Below the pieces are notes generated by a model. It was not told the origin of the DNA, made no database searches, and saw only the letters and a program-made list of their open reading frames with translations. 31,031 nucleotides of DNA. Source: an uncultured Spirochaetia bacterium (GTDB lineage Bacteria > Desulfobacterota_D > UBA1144 > Nemesobacterales > JAJCZQ01). Numbering within the stretch: position 1 is the first letter of the stretch; each line of letters begins with the position of its first letter. This document shows positions 10,029 through 21,179 of this stretch, one piece after another. The stretch is from contig CAZUNK010000066.1 of assembly GCA_964622285.1 (NCBI GenBank), forward strand, positions 1 through 31,031. The letters run 5' to 3'. The position numbers were made by a program, and so were the translations under genes.

Positions 10029-12113
10029 ATGTCAGAAAAGATCATACCAATAAGCAAAGTCAGAAATATCGGGATCGTTGCCCATATTGACGCAGGAAAG
10101 ACCACAACTACGGAGAGAATTCTCTACTACACCGGTCTCACGTACAAAATAGGTGAAGTTCATGAAGGAACCGCGACCATGGACTGGATGGCACAGGAGC
10201 GGGAGCGGGGTATCACTATTACTTCGGCAACTACAACCTGCTTCTGGAGAGACCATAGAATAAACATCATAGACACCCCAGGACACGTTGATTTTACAAT
10301 TGAGGTTGAGAGGTCTTTAAAGGTTCTGGATGGAGCAGTGGTCGTTTTTGACTGCGTTGGAGGGGTGGAACCCCAGACTGAGACCGTCTGGAGGCAGGCC
10401 GACAGGTACAAAGTGCCCAGAATGTGTTTTATAAATAAGATGGACCGGGTCGGAGCTGATTTTTACAAAGTCGTTACTCAGATCAAGGACAGGTTGGATG
10501 CCAATCCGGTGTGCCTGCAGATCCCCTGGTTTGAGAACGGAGAGTTCAAGGGAATAGTTGACCTTATTAAAATGAAAATGGCTGTATGGGACAGTGAATC
10601 TCTGGGGTCCAAGTATACATTCGTTGATGTTCCCGGTGATACTGTGGACCAGGCAAATCTTTACAGAGAGAAATTGCTTGAAGGTCTTGCCGATCACTCT
10701 GAAGAGATAATGGAGCTGTACCTGGGTGGTGAAGAAATTCCTGAAGAAACGATCATGAACGCCATAAGGACACACACAATTGAACTGAACATTATCCCTG
10801 TGATGTGTGGTTCGGCTTTTAAAAACAAAGGCGTTCAGTTGCTTTTAGATGCTATCATTGAATTTATGCCCGCCCCGTCGGACCTTCCTCCCATTAAGGG
10901 ATTGACACCAGGTTCCGACAAGGAAGACGTTAGGTTACCTACTGAGGATGGACCGTTTTCGGCTTTGGCTTTCAAGATAATGACTGATCCGTTTGTTGGA
11001 CAGCTTACCTATTTGAGGATCTATTCCGGCAAGCTGAATTCAGGCACTACGGTTTACAACACGTCAAGACAGAAAAAGGAAAAGATCGGAAGACTTTTGA
11101 GGATGCATGCAGATAAAAGAGAAGATATAAAAGAGAATGTTGCCGGGGGAATTGTTGCGGCGGTTGGACTGAAAAATACAATTACCGGCGACACATTGTG
11201 TGATGAGTCCAAACCTATAGTTCTTGAGAGCCTCCATATTGCAGAACCTGTAATATCCATTGCAATAGAGCCAAAATCCAAAGCTGATCAGGAAAAATTA
11301 GGACTGGCTTTGAACAAGTTAGCGCTGGAAGACCCTTCGTTTAAGATCAAGTTTGACGACGAGACCAGCCAGACGTTAATTTCAGGAATGGGAGAACTGC
11401 ATCTGGAAATCATAGTGGACAGATTAAACAGGGAATTCAACGTTGATGCTAATGTTGGCAAGCCGCAGGTAGCTTACAGAGAGTCCATTACAAAGAATGC
11501 GGATGTTGAAAATAAATTTATAAGACAGACGGGCGGCAGAGGTCAGTATGGTCATGTGAAGATCAAGGTGGATCCGCTGGAAAGAGGAGCAGGATTTAAG
11601 TTCATAGATCAGATCAAAGGTGGAGTGATCCCGAGAGAGTACATCCCGGCCGTTGAAAAAGGTGTTGTGGAAGTAATGAAGACCGGGGTTGTGTCTGGAT
11701 ACCCCGTTGTGGACGTGTCCGTGACTTTATATGATGGGTCTTTTCATGAAGTGGATTCGTCAGAGATAGCTTTTAAGGTTGCTGCTTCTCAGGCGTTCAA
11801 AGACGCCGTTTTAAAATCCAATCCGATCATACTAGAACCTGTTATGAACCTTGAAGTCGTAGTGCCGGAAGATTTTATGGGAACGGTAATAGGTGACCTG
11901 AACTCCCGGAGGGGACGTATAAGCAATACGGAAGCCAGAGGTAAAATGCAGGCGATCAAAGGGCAGTCACCATTGGGTGAGATGTTTGGATATGCCACGA
12001 ATCTGAGGTCCATGACCGAAGGGCGCGGAACATTTACAATGGAGTTTTCCCACTACGAAGCACTGCCGGAAAGCATTTCTCAGGAATTAAAAGAAAACGC
12101 TCAGGTTGTATAA
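10029..12113 (+). CDS. fusA: Elongation factor G. Likely start is ATG 10029, not 9945 (which overlaps rpsG)
   Basis: [34 protein letters not shown] and [11 protein letters not shown]. Confidence 0.98.
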   Translation: MSEKIIPISKVRNIGIVAHIDAGKTTTTERILYYTGLTYKIGEVHEGTATMDWMAQERERGITITSATTTCFWRDHRINIIDTPGHVDFTIEVERSLKVLDGAVVVFDCVGGVEPQTETVWRQADRYKVPRMCFINKMDRVGADFYKVVTQIKDRLDANPVCLQIPWFENGEFKGIVDLIKMKMAVWDSESLGSKYTFVDVPGDTVDQANLYREKLLEGLADHSEEIMELYLGGEEIPEETIMNAIRTHTIELNIIPVMCGSAFKNKGVQLLLDAIIEFMPAPSDLPPIKGLTPGSDKEDVRLPTEDGPFSALAFKIMTDPFVGQLTYLRIYSGKLNSGTTVYNTSRQKKEKIGRLLRMHADKREDIKENVAGGIVAAVGLKNTITGDTLCDESKPIVLESLHIAEPVISIAIEPKSKADQEKLGLALNKLALEDPSFKIKFDDETSQTLISGMGELHLEIIVDRLNREFNVDANVGKPQVAYRESITKNADVENKFIRQTGGRGQYGHVKIKVDPLERGAGFKFIDQIKGGVIPREYIPAVEKGVVEVMKTGVVSGYPVVDVSVTLYDGSFHEVDSSEIAFKVAASQAFKDAVLKSNPIILEPVMNLEVVVPEDFMGTVIGDLNSRRGRISNTEARGKMQAIKGQSPLGEMFGYATNLRSMTEGRGTFTMEFSHYEALPESISQELKENAQVV

Positions 12114-12172
12114 AAGCACTTTTCTGCACGACTCTGCAGGGAACGGTGATACGGAAAGTTTTGGCAGAGTTC

Positions 12173-12559
12173 TTAAGTACCCTCCAGCAAAATCACTGCT
12201 ACTGAGTAGTTTTTTTCATGGGATATAGATGTGTGTATTTTATCAACGCCTATTTGTCTGGCAAGAGACCTGGTTGCACCGTGAAGTTCAGCCCAGGGTT
12301 TTCCCAGTTCATTGTGTCTGACCTGTATGCTGTGAAAATTAATCCCGTTTCTAAATCCCGTGCCCAGAGCTTTAACCACTGCTTCCTTAACTGCGTAGTT
12401 TGCCGCATATCTTTGTATCTTCTGACTGCGCTTATCAATGAAATCAATCTCCATGCTGGTAAATATCTTGTTAAGAAATCTTTCTCCCCATCTATCAATT
12501 ATCTTTCCTATCCTATCGTTCTGTACTATGTCTACTCCCAGTCCTAAAACCATTATCAT
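12173..12559 (-). CDS. acpS: Holo-ACP synthase
   Basis: GLGVDIV, YAVKEAVVKALGTG and SISHE. Follows pdxJ. Start could be ATG 12553. Confidence 0.93.
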   Translation of the reverse strand: MIMVLGLGVDIVQNDRIGKIIDRWGERFLNKIFTSMEIDFIDKRSQKIQRYAANYAVKEAVVKALGTGFRNGINFHSIQVRHNELGKPWAELHGATRSLARQIGVDKIHTSISHEKNYSVAVILLEGT

Positions 12560-12569
12560 CAGCTCCTTT

Positions 12570-13283
12570 TCAGTCTATAAGCTCAATCATATCCCTGACT
12601 GCTTTTTCCATGCCCACGAGCACTGATTTTGATATGATACTGTGTCCTATGTTAAGTTCTTCTATGCCGTCTATTGCGGCAACTTTTCTTACATTGTGAT
12701 AATTAAGCCCATGTCCGGCTGAAACTCTAAGGCCAAGTGTGAGAGCATGATTTACAGCATTTTCAATCTTCCTCAGTTCTCTGTTCTGTGATCTTTCGCT
12801 CCTGGCATTGGCGTACATCCCGGTATGGATCTCAACCATATCTGAACCTGCCTCCTTTGATCTATCAATCTGCTCTTTGTCAGGATCAACAAATAAACTT
12901 ACAAATATATTGTATTTTTTCAGTTTGGTGACGACTGCTTTTATTTTTTTAAAACTTGCCGCCACGTTCAGGCCTCCTTCGGTGGTAAGTTCCTTTCTTT
13001 TTTCGGGAACGAGAGTTGCCATGTCAGGCTTTATCCTTCCGGCAATTCTGACCATTTCATCAGTGGCTGCCATTTCCAGGTTGAGCTTGGTCTGCACACA
13101 TTTTTTCAATATTTCCAGATCCCGCTCCTGCACGTGTCGCCTGTCTTCTCTCAGGTGCACCACTATACCACTTGATCCGGACAGCTCCGATATCAATGCG
13201 GCAGCCACCGGATCAGGATCCGTTCCTCCCCTTGACTGTCTTAATGTGGCAACGTGATCAACGTTTAGGTTTAATCTCGGCAT
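12570..13283 (-). CDS. pdxJ: Pyridoxine 5'-phosphate synthase
   Basis: [27 protein letters not shown] and ELNIGHSI. Confidence 0.97.
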   Translation of the reverse strand: MPRLNLNVDHVATLRQSRGGTDPDPVAAALISELSGSSGIVVHLREDRRHVQERDLEILKKCVQTKLNLEMAATDEMVRIAGRIKPDMATLVPEKRKELTTEGGLNVAASFKKIKAVVTKLKKYNIFVSLFVDPDKEQIDRSKEAGSDMVEIHTGMYANARSERSQNRELRKIENAVNHALTLGLRVSAGHGLNYHNVRKVAAIDGIEELNIGHSIISKSVLVGMEKAVRDMIELID

Positions 13284-14661
13284 TTTCCAAACCTATTTCT
13301 TTGTCAATATGATTATAAATATCAAAGGCAATATTGTTTATGTCGGAGACCTCCTGCCCCTCAACCATTATTCTTGCGAGCGGCTCAGTGCCTGAATATC
13401 TGATATGAACTCTTCCTTTGTTCCTGAGCTTGCTCTTGTAATGTTTAACCATTTTTTCCAAACCGGCAATCTGATTTAATGGGGGTTTTTCAGATATTTT
13501 CACGTTTTTTATAACCTGAGGAAACATCTCTATCTTTTCTGCAAAATAAGATAGAGGCCTTTGTAATCTTTTCATGATCGCCAGAACCTGCAGTGATGCC
13601 AGAATTCCATCACCGGTTGTGGTATGGTCAAGGAATATAATGTGTCCCGACTGTTCTCCGCCAAGGTTTATACCTTTTTCTCTCATGAGCTCCGCTACGT
13701 ATCTGTCTCCCACGTCGGTACGGTGAAGTTTAATCCCTTTTTGCTTCAGAAAAAGCTCAAGGCCCATATTGCTCATTAAGGTTGCAACTATCTCATTTTT
13801 TCTCAGCTGCTTTCTGTTTATCATCTCTTCAGTACAAATTGCGAGAATGGTATCCCCGTTGGCGATATTTCCTTTTTCGTCGGATATTATAACCCTGTCG
13901 GCATCTCCATCTAAAGCAATTCCTATATCGGCTTTGTGCTTTAAAACTTTTTCTGTCAGCAGCTGCGGATTAAGGCTGCCGCAGTTAGTGTTGATATTTA
14001 TTCCATTAGGTTTAACTCCCAGACTCACGACTTCCGCTCCAAGTTCCCTGTACACTGCCGGGGCAACCTTATAAGCTGCTCCATTGGCGCAGTCCAGTAC
14101 AATTTTTATTTTCTCCAGATTAAGATCTTCCGGAAAGGTTTTTTTAACAAACACAATGTATCTTCCAATGGAATCGTTAATTCTTATGGTCTTACCAATA
14201 CTGTTGCCTGAGCCGAGCAGTTTATCTGAAGGACCGGACATCAACCTTTCAATTTCCAGTTCTTTTTCATCCGCGAGTTTAAAGCCATATCTGTCAAATA
14301 TTTTTATTCCGTTGTCTGTATAAGGATTGTGAGAGGCTGATATTACCAATCCGGCATCTGCTCTCATATCTTTGGTTAAAAAGGCTATTGCAGGAGTTGG
14401 CAGAGGTCCCACCAAATAAACGTCAACGCCCATGGATACCAGTCCGGAAGATATGGCCTGTTCAAAAATATAGCCGGAGACCCTTGTATCCTTGCCCAGT
14501 ATGACGTGGGGAGCAGATGAACTGCAGGAGCTAGTGATGATGTGTGCAAGCGATTTTCCCAGACTGAGCGAGACCTCCGGGGTCATTGGATATTTATTTG
14601 CAACACCACGTATGCCGTCAGTACCAAACAGGTTTTTTGAACCTAACAATTTACCTTCCAA
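13258..14661 (-). CDS. glmM: Phosphoglucosamine mutase
   Basis: [28 protein letters not shown] and RYSGTEP. TTG start. Confidence 0.96.
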   Translation of the reverse strand: MEGKLLGSKNLFGTDGIRGVANKYPMTPEVSLSLGKSLAHIITSSCSSSAPHVILGKDTRVSGYIFEQAISSGLVSMGVDVYLVGPLPTPAIAFLTKDMRADAGLVISASHNPYTDNGIKIFDRYGFKLADEKELEIERLMSGPSDKLLGSGNSIGKTIRINDSIGRYIVFVKKTFPEDLNLEKIKIVLDCANGAAYKVAPAVYRELGAEVVSLGVKPNGININTNCGSLNPQLLTEKVLKHKADIGIALDGDADRVIISDEKGNIANGDTILAICTEEMINRKQLRKNEIVATLMSNMGLELFLKQKGIKLHRTDVGDRYVAELMREKGINLGGEQSGHIIFLDHTTTGDGILASLQVLAIMKRLQRPLSYFAEKIEMFPQVIKNVKISEKPPLNQIAGLEKMVKHYKSKLRNKGRVHIRYSGTEPLARIMVEGQEVSDINNIAFDIYNHIDKEIGLENAEIKPKR

Positions 14662-14662
14662 C

Positions 14663-15631
14663 TCAGTTGATGCTTATTTCAACTATTTTAGGTGAGACAC
14701 TGCTTAAATTTAAACTATCAGAGTTTGGATAGTCAACTCTTATAGGCAGTTCATGCACGCCAATTTCAGCATTTTTCAAGTCGTTGGCGTCAACATAAAC
14801 GGATATATCATCACTGTTAAGTTTGTTAACATGACTGTACGGTCCATCAAATGCGAGAGTTATGATGGTCTGACTTGAAGTTTTATAGTTAATGGTCTCA
14901 AAGTTTTTAAAAGAAACGTTCAGATTATTAAACTCTTTTGTAAGGTTTTCTTCCTTGATGTTTACGTTTATTTTGACAAGCTTGGCGCTTTCTATACTGA
15001 ACAGGTCACTCGGAGGTTCTAAAGGGATTTCAATGGAGAAATTTGATTTTTCTCCCTCCAGGCTGATAAAGCGTGTATCAATGGTTTCATACTGCTTTAT
15101 AAGTTTTCTTGGACCTTTGATCTTAACTTTGGTAGGTGAGATTTTTGGCTCACCTTCAATAATGTACCCCTTGTTGGGTTTGCCAAGCACCGGATTGATC
15201 CTGACAGTTTTAGTGGTGAGACTGTCGATCTCTATTGGGATCTCGGAGGGACTCGTGCTTATGGCTTTGATTCTTCTTGGAAGACTTATGTCTTCGGTTC
15301 GAATTTGAACGTTTGACATTCCCTTGCTGAAACTGGAAAGGTCGTAAGACATGGGTGAGATCAAGTTGTCAAAAGAAAAGATTTCATATCTGGGACCTTT
15401 GACGGTCAGGTTTACTTTATCAGGTGGATTATTTGTAATAATTAAATTTACCGGCAGGTTCGTGTACCTCACGGGAACGGAGAAAGTTTTTTCTATATCA
15501 AATTCCAGATTTGTTGCAATCCATAGAAAGATGGCAATTACAGATGCAATTATCATCTTACCGTAGTTTTTAAGAAACGGTGTTACGATATCCGATTTTT
15601 TCAGTTCGTCTTGGTTAGGTATCAGGCTCAT
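14663..15631 (-). CDS. cdaR: YbbR/CdaR family regulator of diadenylate cyclase
   Basis: N-terminal TM followed by beta-rich YbbR-like repeats. Sits between cdaA and glmM. Confidence 0.85.
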   Translation of the reverse strand: MSLIPNQDELKKSDIVTPFLKNYGKMIIASVIAIFLWIATNLEFDIEKTFSVPVRYTNLPVNLIITNNPPDKVNLTVKGPRYEIFSFDNLISPMSYDLSSFSKGMSNVQIRTEDISLPRRIKAISTSPSEIPIEIDSLTTKTVRINPVLGKPNKGYIIEGEPKISPTKVKIKGPRKLIKQYETIDTRFISLEGEKSNFSIEIPLEPPSDLFSIESAKLVKINVNIKEENLTKEFNNLNVSFKNFETINYKTSSQTIITLAFDGPYSHVNKLNSDDISVYVDANDLKNAEIGVHELPIRVDYPNSDSLNLSSVSPKIVEISIN

Positions 15632-15633
15632 TT

Positions 15634-16437
15634 CTACATTGTTGACTGTGAAAAATATTTTTCCTCTTTCCCTTCTACCGGTTTTACATTAAACAGGTCG
15701 GCAAGGTTTTTATACAGTGCTGATGGTTCAAGATTCTGTTTTATTTCTCCCTGTACGGCAAGCGATACGCTCCCCGTTTCTTCTGATACTATAATTACAA
15801 CAGCATCGGTCTCGGAAGACAGTCCAATTGCTGCTCTGTGCCGTGTTCCAAAACTTCTTTCCATATCCGGATCAGTTTCTAATGGGAAGAACGACCCGGC
15901 GGACATAATCCTGTTGTTGGCGATAACAATTCCCCCGTCGTGCATTGGGGACGAGGGATGAAATATGCTTGTTATCAGTTCCTTTGAGATGTGAGCTTCA
16001 AGGTCCATGCCGAGTTCCACATAATCTTCCAGGCTGGTGTTTCTTTCAATTGCCATAAGTGCCCCGGTTTTTTTGCTTGCCAGATGAAAGGAGGCCTTTA
16101 CTATGTCATCGATCGTTTTTTCTTCCGACAGCACTTTGCTGAATCCGAGTAAAAATGGCCTTTTTCCTATATTAGTAAGTGCTTTTCTTATGTCGTTCTG
16201 AAACAGTATAACGATAATCAGGATTATGGAACCGAAGAAATGGTTTAGTATCCAGTGCAGAGTAAAAAGCCCAAAGCTTTTTGATATAAAGAACAGAATG
16301 ATCAGAGCCGTCAGCCCAAGCAGCATCTGAGCTGCTCTTGTTCCCTCTATGATCTTCAGAATATAGTAGATCACCAGGGTGACGAGCAGTACGTCCAGAG
16401 TATCCCAAAGGTATCTAAAGTTCAGTACAGTTTCCAA
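15634..16437 (-). CDS. cdaA: Diadenylate cyclase CdaA/DacA
   Basis: Three N-terminal TMs, then a DAC domain with HDGG (variant of DGA) and GTRHRAA. TTG start. Confidence 0.93.
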   Translation of the reverse strand: METVLNFRYLWDTLDVLLVTLVIYYILKIIEGTRAAQMLLGLTALIILFFISKSFGLFTLHWILNHFFGSIILIIVILFQNDIRKALTNIGKRPFLLGFSKVLSEEKTIDDIVKASFHLASKKTGALMAIERNTSLEDYVELGMDLEAHISKELITSIFHPSSPMHDGGIVIANNRIMSAGSFFPLETDPDMERSFGTRHRAAIGLSSETDAVVIIVSEETGSVSLAVQGEIKQNLEPSALYKNLADLFNVKPVEGKEEKYFSQSTM

Positions 16438-16450
16438 TTCTGATCCCTCA

Positions 16451-17287
16451 TTAATTCACGCTGTAAATTGCGTCTGTCATCGTGGCAATTAATTTCATAT
16501 GATGCACGTCATGAACCCTTATGATTGAAGCTCCGTTTATAATGGAAACCACCACGCTTGCCGCGGTACCTTCCAGCCTGCTCTGAGGTGGCAGATCCCC
16601 CAGCAGCTTACCAATAAATGATTTTCTTGAAGTGCCTATCATTACCGGTCTTCCTAGTACAGAAAAGCGGGAGAGGTTTTTTATTATCTCAATATTCTGC
16701 TCCACTGTTTTTCCAAATCCAATGCCCGGGTCAACCACAATGCTTTCAAATTCAACCCCTAAGGACAGTGCCTTTTGTATTGAAACGTCAAGAGACGAGA
16801 TAATATCTTCAATCAGAGAGGTGTAGCCTGTCTTCTGCTGCATATAGGCGGGGTGATCGGGAGTGTGCATCAGGACCATCCCTGCTTTGTACTGGGCCAC
16901 TTCCTCTGCGGACCTTTCATCAAAACTGAGTCCACTTATGTCGTTTATTATTGAGACTCCTAATTTGAGCGCTTCACGGGCAACTGCGGATTTCGTCGTA
17001 TCAACTGAAAATATGCAGTCAAATCTTTCACGGGCTTTTTCAAGAACGGGAAGCAGTCTGTCCAGTTCTTCCTGCTCTGTGATGTGACTTGAACCAGGCC
17101 GTGTTGATTCAGCGCCAATGTCAACTATATCGGCGCCTTCTGAAAGCATTTTATCTATTCTGAGCAGATAATCGTCAACCGTTTTATAGAAACCACCGTC
17201 ATAGAACGAATCCGGGGTCACGTTCAATATGCCCATTACAAGAGTTCTCTTATCCAAGTCTATGGTTTTATTTTTTAGTTTCAGCAA
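16451..17287 (-). CDS. folP: Dihydropteroate synthase
   Basis: MGILNVTPDSF, DIGAESTRPG, DPGIGFGK, SRKSFIG and RVHDV. TTG start. Confidence 0.97.
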   Translation of the reverse strand: MLKLKNKTIDLDKRTLVMGILNVTPDSFYDGGFYKTVDDYLLRIDKMLSEGADIVDIGAESTRPGSSHITEQEELDRLLPVLEKARERFDCIFSVDTTKSAVAREALKLGVSIINDISGLSFDERSAEEVAQYKAGMVLMHTPDHPAYMQQKTGYTSLIEDIISSLDVSIQKALSLGVEFESIVVDPGIGFGKTVEQNIEIIKNLSRFSVLGRPVMIGTSRKSFIGKLLGDLPPQSRLEGTAASVVVSIINGASIIRVHDVHHMKLIATMTDAIYSVN

Positions 17288-17407
17288 GTTAGATTTTCTT
17301 TTTTCAATTCGCCTGTCATTGGCATTCCGATCTACAACTTAACTATCAAATACCATGGAACTGATTATCCGGTATTAAAAAAATTGTAATTGCGACTTAA
17401 CTCAGGT

Positions 17408-19240
17408 TTAAGCAGCTGCATCAGCAAAGTCAGGTTTATATTTCAGCACCAGATTATTCAGTTCCTTGCTGTCAACTACTTCCTTCTCTAACAGAACTTT
17501 GGCAAGTTCATGCAGGATTTCCAAGTTATCTTCCAATAGCTTTTTTGATTTGTCCCAGCACGAGTTCACGATGTTTTTGATCTCTCTGTCAATAAGTACA
17601 GCGGTTTCATTGCTGTAGTCGGTGTGCGTGGACATATCCTTGCCAAGAAATATTTTTTCGTCAGCTTTTCCGAAAGTTACAGGTCCGAGTGATTCGCTCA
17701 TTCCCCACTCACATACCATTTTTCTTGCAATTTCCGTTACTCTTTCAAGGTCGTTCCCTGCTCCGCTTGTTCTTTCATTAAACACTATTTCCTCTGCTGC
17801 TCTTCCACCAAGAAGCACCATGATGGTGCTGTGAAGATACGTTTTGGAGTGGGTGTATTTATCCTCAAGGGGCAGTTGCTGAGTAACTCCAAGTGCCATG
17901 CCTCTTGGAATAATAGTGACCTTGTGTATTGGATCTGCTTCAGGTGTGAACTTGGCCACAAGCGCGTGCCCGGCTTCATGATAAGCGGTAATGCGCTTTT
18001 CCTTTTCACTTATCATCATGCTTTTGCGTTCAACGCCCATCATTACTTTATCTTTTGCGTATTCAAAGTCATCCATTGCTATCTTGTCTCTTCCGCATTT
18101 TGCTGCGTGAAGTGCTGATTCGTTTACCAGGTTCTGAAGATCGGCACCTGAAAATCCGGGAGTAGATCTTGCAATGAGCGAAAGATCAACGTCGCTGTTT
18201 ATAGGCGTGTCTTTTGAATGGACTTTTAAAATTTCCTCTCTTCCTCTGACGTCGGGCCTGGGTACTACGACCTGCCTGTCAAATCTTCCGGGCCTTAACA
18301 GCGCCGGGTCCAGAACATCCGGTCTGTTCGTGGCTGCCATTACTATAATTCCTTCATTGCCTTCAAATCCGTCCATTTCCACGAGCATCTGGTTCAAGGT
18401 TTGCTCCCTTTCATCGTGCCCTCCGCCCAGACCAGCTCCCCTGTGTCTTCCAACTGCGTCAAGTTCATCAACAAATATTATGCAGGGAGAGTGCCGTTTG
18501 GCCTGTACAAACAGTTCTCTTACCCTGGAAGCTCCCACTCCCACGAACATCTCTACAAAGTCACTCCCGCTTATTATAAAGAAGGGAACTCCTGCTTCAC
18601 CGGCTATGGCTTTGGCAATCAGGGTTTTGCCCGTTCCGGGAGGTCCTACAAGCAGAACTCCTTTTGGGATCTTTCCCCCGAGCTTGGTGAATTTTTTGGG
18701 GTCTTTAAGAAACTCCACTATCTCGCTGACTTCTTCTTTTGCTTCGTCAACGCCCGCAACGTCTTTGAACGTTACCTTGTTCTGACCTTCGGTCAGCATC
18801 CTGGCTTTATTCTTACCGAACGACATCGCCTTGGTTCCACCCGTCTGAATCTGTCTCATAAACAGTACCATCAGCGTTATAAGTATGATTAAAGGAGCCC
18901 AGTTGATCAGTATTTGCGTCAGCGATCCCTCTTTCTTTTCGGAGAAACTGAAGTTGATATTGTTCTCTGAAAGACGGTTGATCAGATCTTCGGTTGAAGG
19001 TCCAATGGTTCTGAATTTTGTAGCGCCCTGTCCTATCCCTGTGTTTCTGAGATTGCCTTTTATACTGTTTTCACCAAGTTCAATATCACTAACGTCGTTG
19101 TGTTCCACTAACGTTAGAAATTCGCCGTAGCTGATTTCCTTATAAGTCGCCCTTGGCGTGTTTACGAACTGATACAGTGCAACAATGACAATGAAAATCA
19201 CAAGCCAAAGAACTAGATTTTTCAATATCTGACTGTTCAC
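17408..19240 (-). CDS. ftsH: ATP-dependent zinc metalloprotease FtsH
   Basis: Two TMs, Walker [12 protein letters not shown] region and HEAGH zinc motif. GTG start. Confidence 0.98.
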   Translation of the reverse strand: MNSQILKNLVLWLVIFIVIVALYQFVNTPRATYKEISYGEFLTLVEHNDVSDIELGENSIKGNLRNTGIGQGATKFRTIGPSTEDLINRLSENNINFSFSEKKEGSLTQILINWAPLIILITLMVLFMRQIQTGGTKAMSFGKNKARMLTEGQNKVTFKDVAGVDEAKEEVSEIVEFLKDPKKFTKLGGKIPKGVLLVGPPGTGKTLIAKAIAGEAGVPFFIISGSDFVEMFVGVGASRVRELFVQAKRHSPCIIFVDELDAVGRHRGAGLGGGHDEREQTLNQMLVEMDGFEGNEGIIVMAATNRPDVLDPALLRPGRFDRQVVVPRPDVRGREEILKVHSKDTPINSDVDLSLIARSTPGFSGADLQNLVNESALHAAKCGRDKIAMDDFEYAKDKVMMGVERKSMMISEKEKRITAYHEAGHALVAKFTPEADPIHKVTIIPRGMALGVTQQLPLEDKYTHSKTYLHSTIMVLLGGRAAEEIVFNERTSGAGNDLERVTEIARKMVCEWGMSESLGPVTFGKADEKIFLGKDMSTHTDYSNETAVLIDREIKNIVNSCWDKSKKLLEDNLEILHELAKVLLEKEVVDSKELNNLVLKYKPDFADAAA

Positions 19241-19445
19241 TTATCTACCTCTTTACATGTACTAACAGAAAGTAAAATAATCACTTTATTCTAAACGTTC
19301 AACAAATATAAATTAGCATATAACCCGTTTTCTTTCAATTTTGAATATTGAAGTGCCGGCATGTACCCAGAACATAAACGCTGCCTTAATTGGTTTTAAC
19401 GTTTTCTGCTCCCTGAACTTACGTTTGGATAAGTACGTACCTTTT

Positions 19446-20381
19446 TTACGAGTATGCTTTTACCGTGTTTTCCATAACCTCCACGTTGCTTTGTTTTCCT
19501 ACCGGAACGGGTGCAATTATTGCAAGGTCCAGTCCTGCATCAAAGTATCTTTGAAGTTTGTTCTTGCACTTAGAGGCTGGTCCCGCCAGAGCAACTGCCT
19601 CAACAAGTTCATCAGAGAACACTTCCGAAGGGTCTGCCCCGCCTTGGATCTGTTCTACAATGTCTCCAAATCCAATGTTCTTTATTAATCTTTGATAGAA
19701 AGGAAACCTTGCATAACCAGAGAGCCCCTTTTTAGCAGCCTCAATTGCCTTGCCTTCATCTTCCGATACGAAAGAAGGAATTCCATTCGTTATAGTGATG
19801 TCGGAAACATTTCTACCTGCTTTTTCTGCCCCGGTTTTCACGTTACTGGTCAGTTCAGACATGTATTCAGGAGGGCACATATATGGCATTAAACCGTCGG
19901 CTACCTCGCCTGCCAGCGTTGATGCTCCCTTTGTCAGTCCCGCTATATAAACGGGAAGATCAGGCTGTTTTCTCTTTAAGGTCAATCTTTCAGAACTTCC
20001 ATCCGCCAAAGCTCTGACCTCCGTTACGTACTTTCTCATATCTTCTACCGGGTCACCCATCTCAATGCCGTATCTGCTGTTAACGGGTTTATGGCTCACT
20101 CCCAGACCAAGTATCATTCTTCCCCCTGTAATTTCCTGAATGGTAAGGGCTGTTGCAGTAGCTACAACTGGCTGGCGCATGTATATATTAGCTATCCACG
20201 TTCCAACTTTGATCTTCGTTGTGGCTTCTGCAAACACCTGAGCGTTTGATAATGCACTGTAAGGAGGAACTTCAGGGGAAAATATGGCATATAATCCTGC
20301 CTCCTCAGAAATGCGGGCAAGTGACCTGAGATCTTCCACGCTGCATCCCCAAACCGGTGAAATAGTAGCAATTTTACTCAT
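19446..20381 (-). CDS. Luciferase-like (LLM) flavin- or F420-dependent oxidoreductase
   Basis: AEATTKIKVGT, GRMILGLGVSH, PVYIAG and AGEVADG are typical of LLM/Mer-like TIM barrels. SD AAGGAG. Cofactor cannot be determined by eye. Confidence 0.88.
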   Translation of the reverse strand: MSKIATISPVWGCSVEDLRSLARISEEAGLYAIFSPEVPPYSALSNAQVFAEATTKIKVGTWIANIYMRQPVVATATALTIQEITGGRMILGLGVSHKPVNSRYGIEMGDPVEDMRKYVTEVRALADGSSERLTLKRKQPDLPVYIAGLTKGASTLAGEVADGLMPYMCPPEYMSELTSNVKTGAEKAGRNVSDITITNGIPSFVSEDEGKAIEAAKKGLSGYARFPFYQRLIKNIGFGDIVEQIQGGADPSEVFSDELVEAVALAGPASKCKNKLQRYFDAGLDLAIIAPVPVGKQSNVEVMENTVKAYS

Positions 20382-20442
20382 TTTCTTCTCCTTTAAATGG
20401 TTTTTAAGGTAATTTTTCCTTGTTTTAAACCTCTATTGACTG

Positions 20443-20451
20443 ATTATAACA
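20443..20451 (-). promoter_or_regulatory. Extended -10 promoter for the LLM gene
   Basis: Minus strand reads TGTTATAAT (TGnTATAAT) about 60 nt upstream of the start. Confidence 0.5.
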
Positions 20452-20516
20452 CATTTTATTAAAATGGACTGTTTTTTATCTTTACAACTCGTTGTTCGTG
20501 CTGTACAGTTTAATTA

Positions 20517-20633
20517 ATGTTTGAATTAGAACCACATGAGAAAGAAGGTGCTATCTATATAGCGGGCGTGTTTATTTTAATTGCCTCAATCATGCTGATC
20601 GCTTCACTGACGCATATTGTGCTTTCACCTTAG
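20517..20633 (+). CDS. Putative 38-aa single-pass membrane protein (below the ORF-track cutoff)
   Basis: MFELEPHEKEGAIYIAGVFILIASIMLIASLTHIVLSP*. One clean TM. Upstream TTGACT-N18-TAAAAT. No clear SD. Confidence 0.5.
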   Translation: MFELEPHEKEGAIYIAGVFILIASIMLIASLTHIVLSP

Positions 20634-21097
20634 TTAAGTCCCCATTTCATCACCTGCAGCACCACGTCCTTCGGATCTATTACCTTGTTGGTGCTGTCGT
20701 AAAATGTGATTTTGTCGTTGATCTTCTCGTATCTCAGGCTTAACAGCTGTACTGTTCTGTGCATATTTTGTTTTATCTGCAGGCCATCTTCGGAGTCAAG
20801 TCCGTATATAAATACGTTGCTTTTGTTCTGGATGACAAAACTGAATCTTTTTTCCGTCTTTATAACAAACCCGCTGCAGCTGTCCTGAAAATTAAAAAGA
20901 AGTGGAACCAGGTCTGCGTGCAGCCGGTGCAGTCTGATGGAGGAGGCACTGCTTTCGTTGAAATTGTTAACCCCTGTGCTTGCAATATTAAACAGTACGT
21001 TCAGAGCTTCATTATTTTCTTCTTTGTAAGTCCTGTTATTTTCAGAAGGCGTTGTTTTCTGCGATAAAGTCTTGATCTCTTCTATAAAGTCATCCAT
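20630..21097 (-). CDS. Hypothetical protein, 155 aa
   Basis: Only long ORF in this interval, ATG start, no recognised motif. Confidence 0.7.
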   Translation of the reverse strand: MDDFIEEIKTLSQKTTPSENNRTYKEENNEALNVLFNIASTGVNNFNESSASSIRLHRLHADLVPLLFNFQDSCSGFVIKTEKRFSFVIQNKSNVFIYGLDSEDGLQIKQNMHRTVQLLSLRYEKINDKITFYDSTNKVIDPKDVVLQVMKWGLN

Positions 21098-21179
21098 AAA
21101 GATGGTCCTTTTATTTAATGCTCAGAAATTATATAATACTACCTAATAGTTGTTAGATACAGCAGCGAGGTTGTAAAAT

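Noticed and set aside
18174-18892. 203-aa and 163-aa ORFs antisense to ftsH, and the other nested 60-170-aa ORFs in the track
   Set aside because: All lie inside well-supported genes and look like codon-bias shadows.
19241-19445. Possible ncRNA or 20-aa ORF upstream of ftsH
   Set aside because: No stable stem, no SD and no coding signature. Best read as promoter DNA.
21171-21176. TTG-TAA start-stop element in frame just upstream of hflX
   Set aside because: The SD-like GAGG abuts the TTG with zero spacing, so initiation there is implausible.
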